Below, in pieces: positions 62,286-64,000 of a stretch of 64,000 bases of DNA. This DNA is from Raja brachyura. Its lineage: Eukaryota. How positions within the stretch are numbered: position 1 is the stretch's first letter; each line of letters opens with the position of its first letter. The position numbers and the translations under genes were made by a program. Below the pieces are notes generated by a model. It had not been told where the DNA came from, ran no database searches, and saw nothing but the letters and a program-made list of their open reading frames with translations. The DNA lies in NCBI GenBank assembly GCA_963514005.1, contig OY740787.1:71176001-71240000 (forward strand). The letters are read 5' to 3'.

Positions 62286-64000
62286 TAATTTTACTTAGGA
62301 GTCATGTGAGTGATTCCGTGAAGAACCCCGCCAGTCGGCATGTGTGTCATTACGTCTGACGCATGACGCAGCGACCGGCTGGGAGGAGCAGTGCTTCTCC
62401 AGCAGTAAGTTTAAAAAGACTCAGGTAAGTGTTTAACTTCTCCGAGGTCTCTGCGTTTGGTAATTCTTGTTGCAGGAGGACAAGTGCAAACATGAAAAAA
62501 TCTGGAACAGCGAGGCGAGCCGTGCCGCCAATATCTCAACCCCACGGGAGTGCGGGTAGCGGGCGGCCGTCTAGTTCATCAACGGAGTAGCTGGTTGTTA
62601 AACCAACGACCACAGACTTGGTGTCGGAGAACACTGTGCTCGAGGGGTGTAAGGCTACCCAAAAGTCTGTCCGGCCGATAGACTCAGACGAGTCGGGCCG
62701 CGAGGGTTCGACCCTAGAAATGGATACCGCGGAACGGGTATCCAGGATGGAGCTCCTGTTGGCGAGGATACTCCATCCAGAGCGCCGGCCTCTCCAAGAG
62801 CCCGCGCCAGCAGCACCTGCCGGGCTGCCAAGTATCTTCCTCCAGGATGAGGAAAGTATACCGGGTCAGATTGAATCTGACGCTGATTCACAGGGTTCAG
62901 CAATAGAGGCTGCCACACGGGACGAGCTGCAAGCGCCAGAGGTCCCATTCCTGGCGGCCAGGTTTGCCGTCCCTACAGACTCTGGCGAGCCGCTTGGAGA
63001 GGAGCTGGCTGCCAGCATAAACTACCTGGCCTCCCACCAGTTCCAGGAGCTGGCTAAGGACACTAATGCCAAAAAGTATGAAACCCCCGAGAACTGTATC
63101 CTGCTGAAGGTGCTGATAGTCAATCATGCCATTTGGGGCCATATGGGGGCAAGCATCCGAGCGCAGGAGATTAAACTACAGCGGGTGCTCAAGCTCTTGG
63201 CGTCTGGAATAACGGCTTTTGGTAGGTCGGTGGACGGTTGGCTCCTGACTGGAGTTCAGCAGGATGACCTGGCTCTTATGTGCATTGTGCACTTTGAGAT
63301 TAATTGTCTCAGAAAGAGCGCCATCCGCCCCACCATTAATCCCAGGTTTGCTGCCTTATGCAAGCCTGGCACCGTCCAGCCTCCAAATCTATTATTTGGA
63401 GAAGACCTGGCCAAAGGGTAAAGGAGCTGGACGACGAAGCCAAGACAATCGGGCTTACCAAGGCACCAGTAACCAACAGAACTCTGCGACGGCAATACCC
63501 CTATAAGCGGTTTGCGGAAACCAGGGCTGGGCAAGGATCCAGCCGACCATTTAATGTCCGCAACTGGCGCTCCCCAGCAGGAGCAAAGGAAAATATACCT
63601 TTACAACCCAGGACCAGGCAAAGACCACTGGTAACCATGGAGGTAGGTGGGTCTGGCTCCTGTCAAAATATATTGCGAGAGAATTGCCTACCAGTTGGAG
63701 GGAGGTTACACATGTTTTGGTAGAATGGTTTAAAATAACGTCGAATGTGTTTATACTGCAGCGTATTCAAGGGTTTAAAATTGAATTTATTCCCAACCTG
63801 TGTCCACCCACCCAGCATAAACCGAAACGGCACTCATCTTCTCACAAAAAGAGAATTTGATGATCCAAGCTGAAATAGCAAAACTATGCCTCAAGGGAGT
63901 AATTGAGAAAACAGTCTATCAGACCCATCAATTCGTGTCTAATGTGTTCCCTCGACCAAAGAAGGATGATATTGGATTTAACAGGACTTAATCTGTTTGT
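62286..64000 (+). mobile_element. DIRS-type (tyrosine recombinase) retrotransposon, 5' part: gag-like ORF 62618-63421 and disrupted RT start; truncated by the window edge
   Basis: Gag-like ORF ending LLFGEDL; then PVGGRL..FW, IQGFKIEF, EIAKL.LKGVIE and FVSNVFPRPKKD, the typical DIRS RT N-terminus, with stop and frameshift. Confidence 0.75.

Overview
Eukaryotic (vertebrate) genomic DNA. The repeat content (CR1-type LINEs, V-SINE-like tRNA SINEs, Penelope-derived repeats) suggests a cartilaginous fish such as a skate or ray; this is inference. The window holds the 5' ~56 kb of the titin gene (ttn) on the minus strand. It includes the TATA/CCAAT promoter (~56492-56542), non-coding exon 1 (~56258-56465), the ATG at 54928 (MTTQAPTF...) and 37 coding exons that I could chain in phase down to 8000. 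These encode Z1/Z2, the Z-disc insertions, the Z-repeats, Z3-Z9 and the proximal I-band Ig domains; the gene continues beyond position 1. Exon numbers given as 'hEx' are human TTN equivalents recalled from memory, not aligned. Introns and the upstream region contain CR1, Rex1/Babar, L1-like, Penelope, Helitron-like, MITE, SINE and DIRS elements, and most ORFs in the supplied track are artefacts of these. I found no convincing new multi-gene system. The most unusual items are: (1) a ~200-codon Ala/Gly/Tyr silk-like expansion inside the Z-disc exon 7; (2) only two Z-repeat exons; (3) a young Penelope insertion with ~570-bp inverted arms and hammerhead-ribozyme-like cores, where the titin-sense copies have lost the cleavage triplet; (4) a head-to-tail array of Helitron-like elements with covarying 3' hairpins; (5) a strongly conserved 5' UTR and a candidate intron-1 MEF2/NKX2-5 enhancer; (6) a GC-AG intron.
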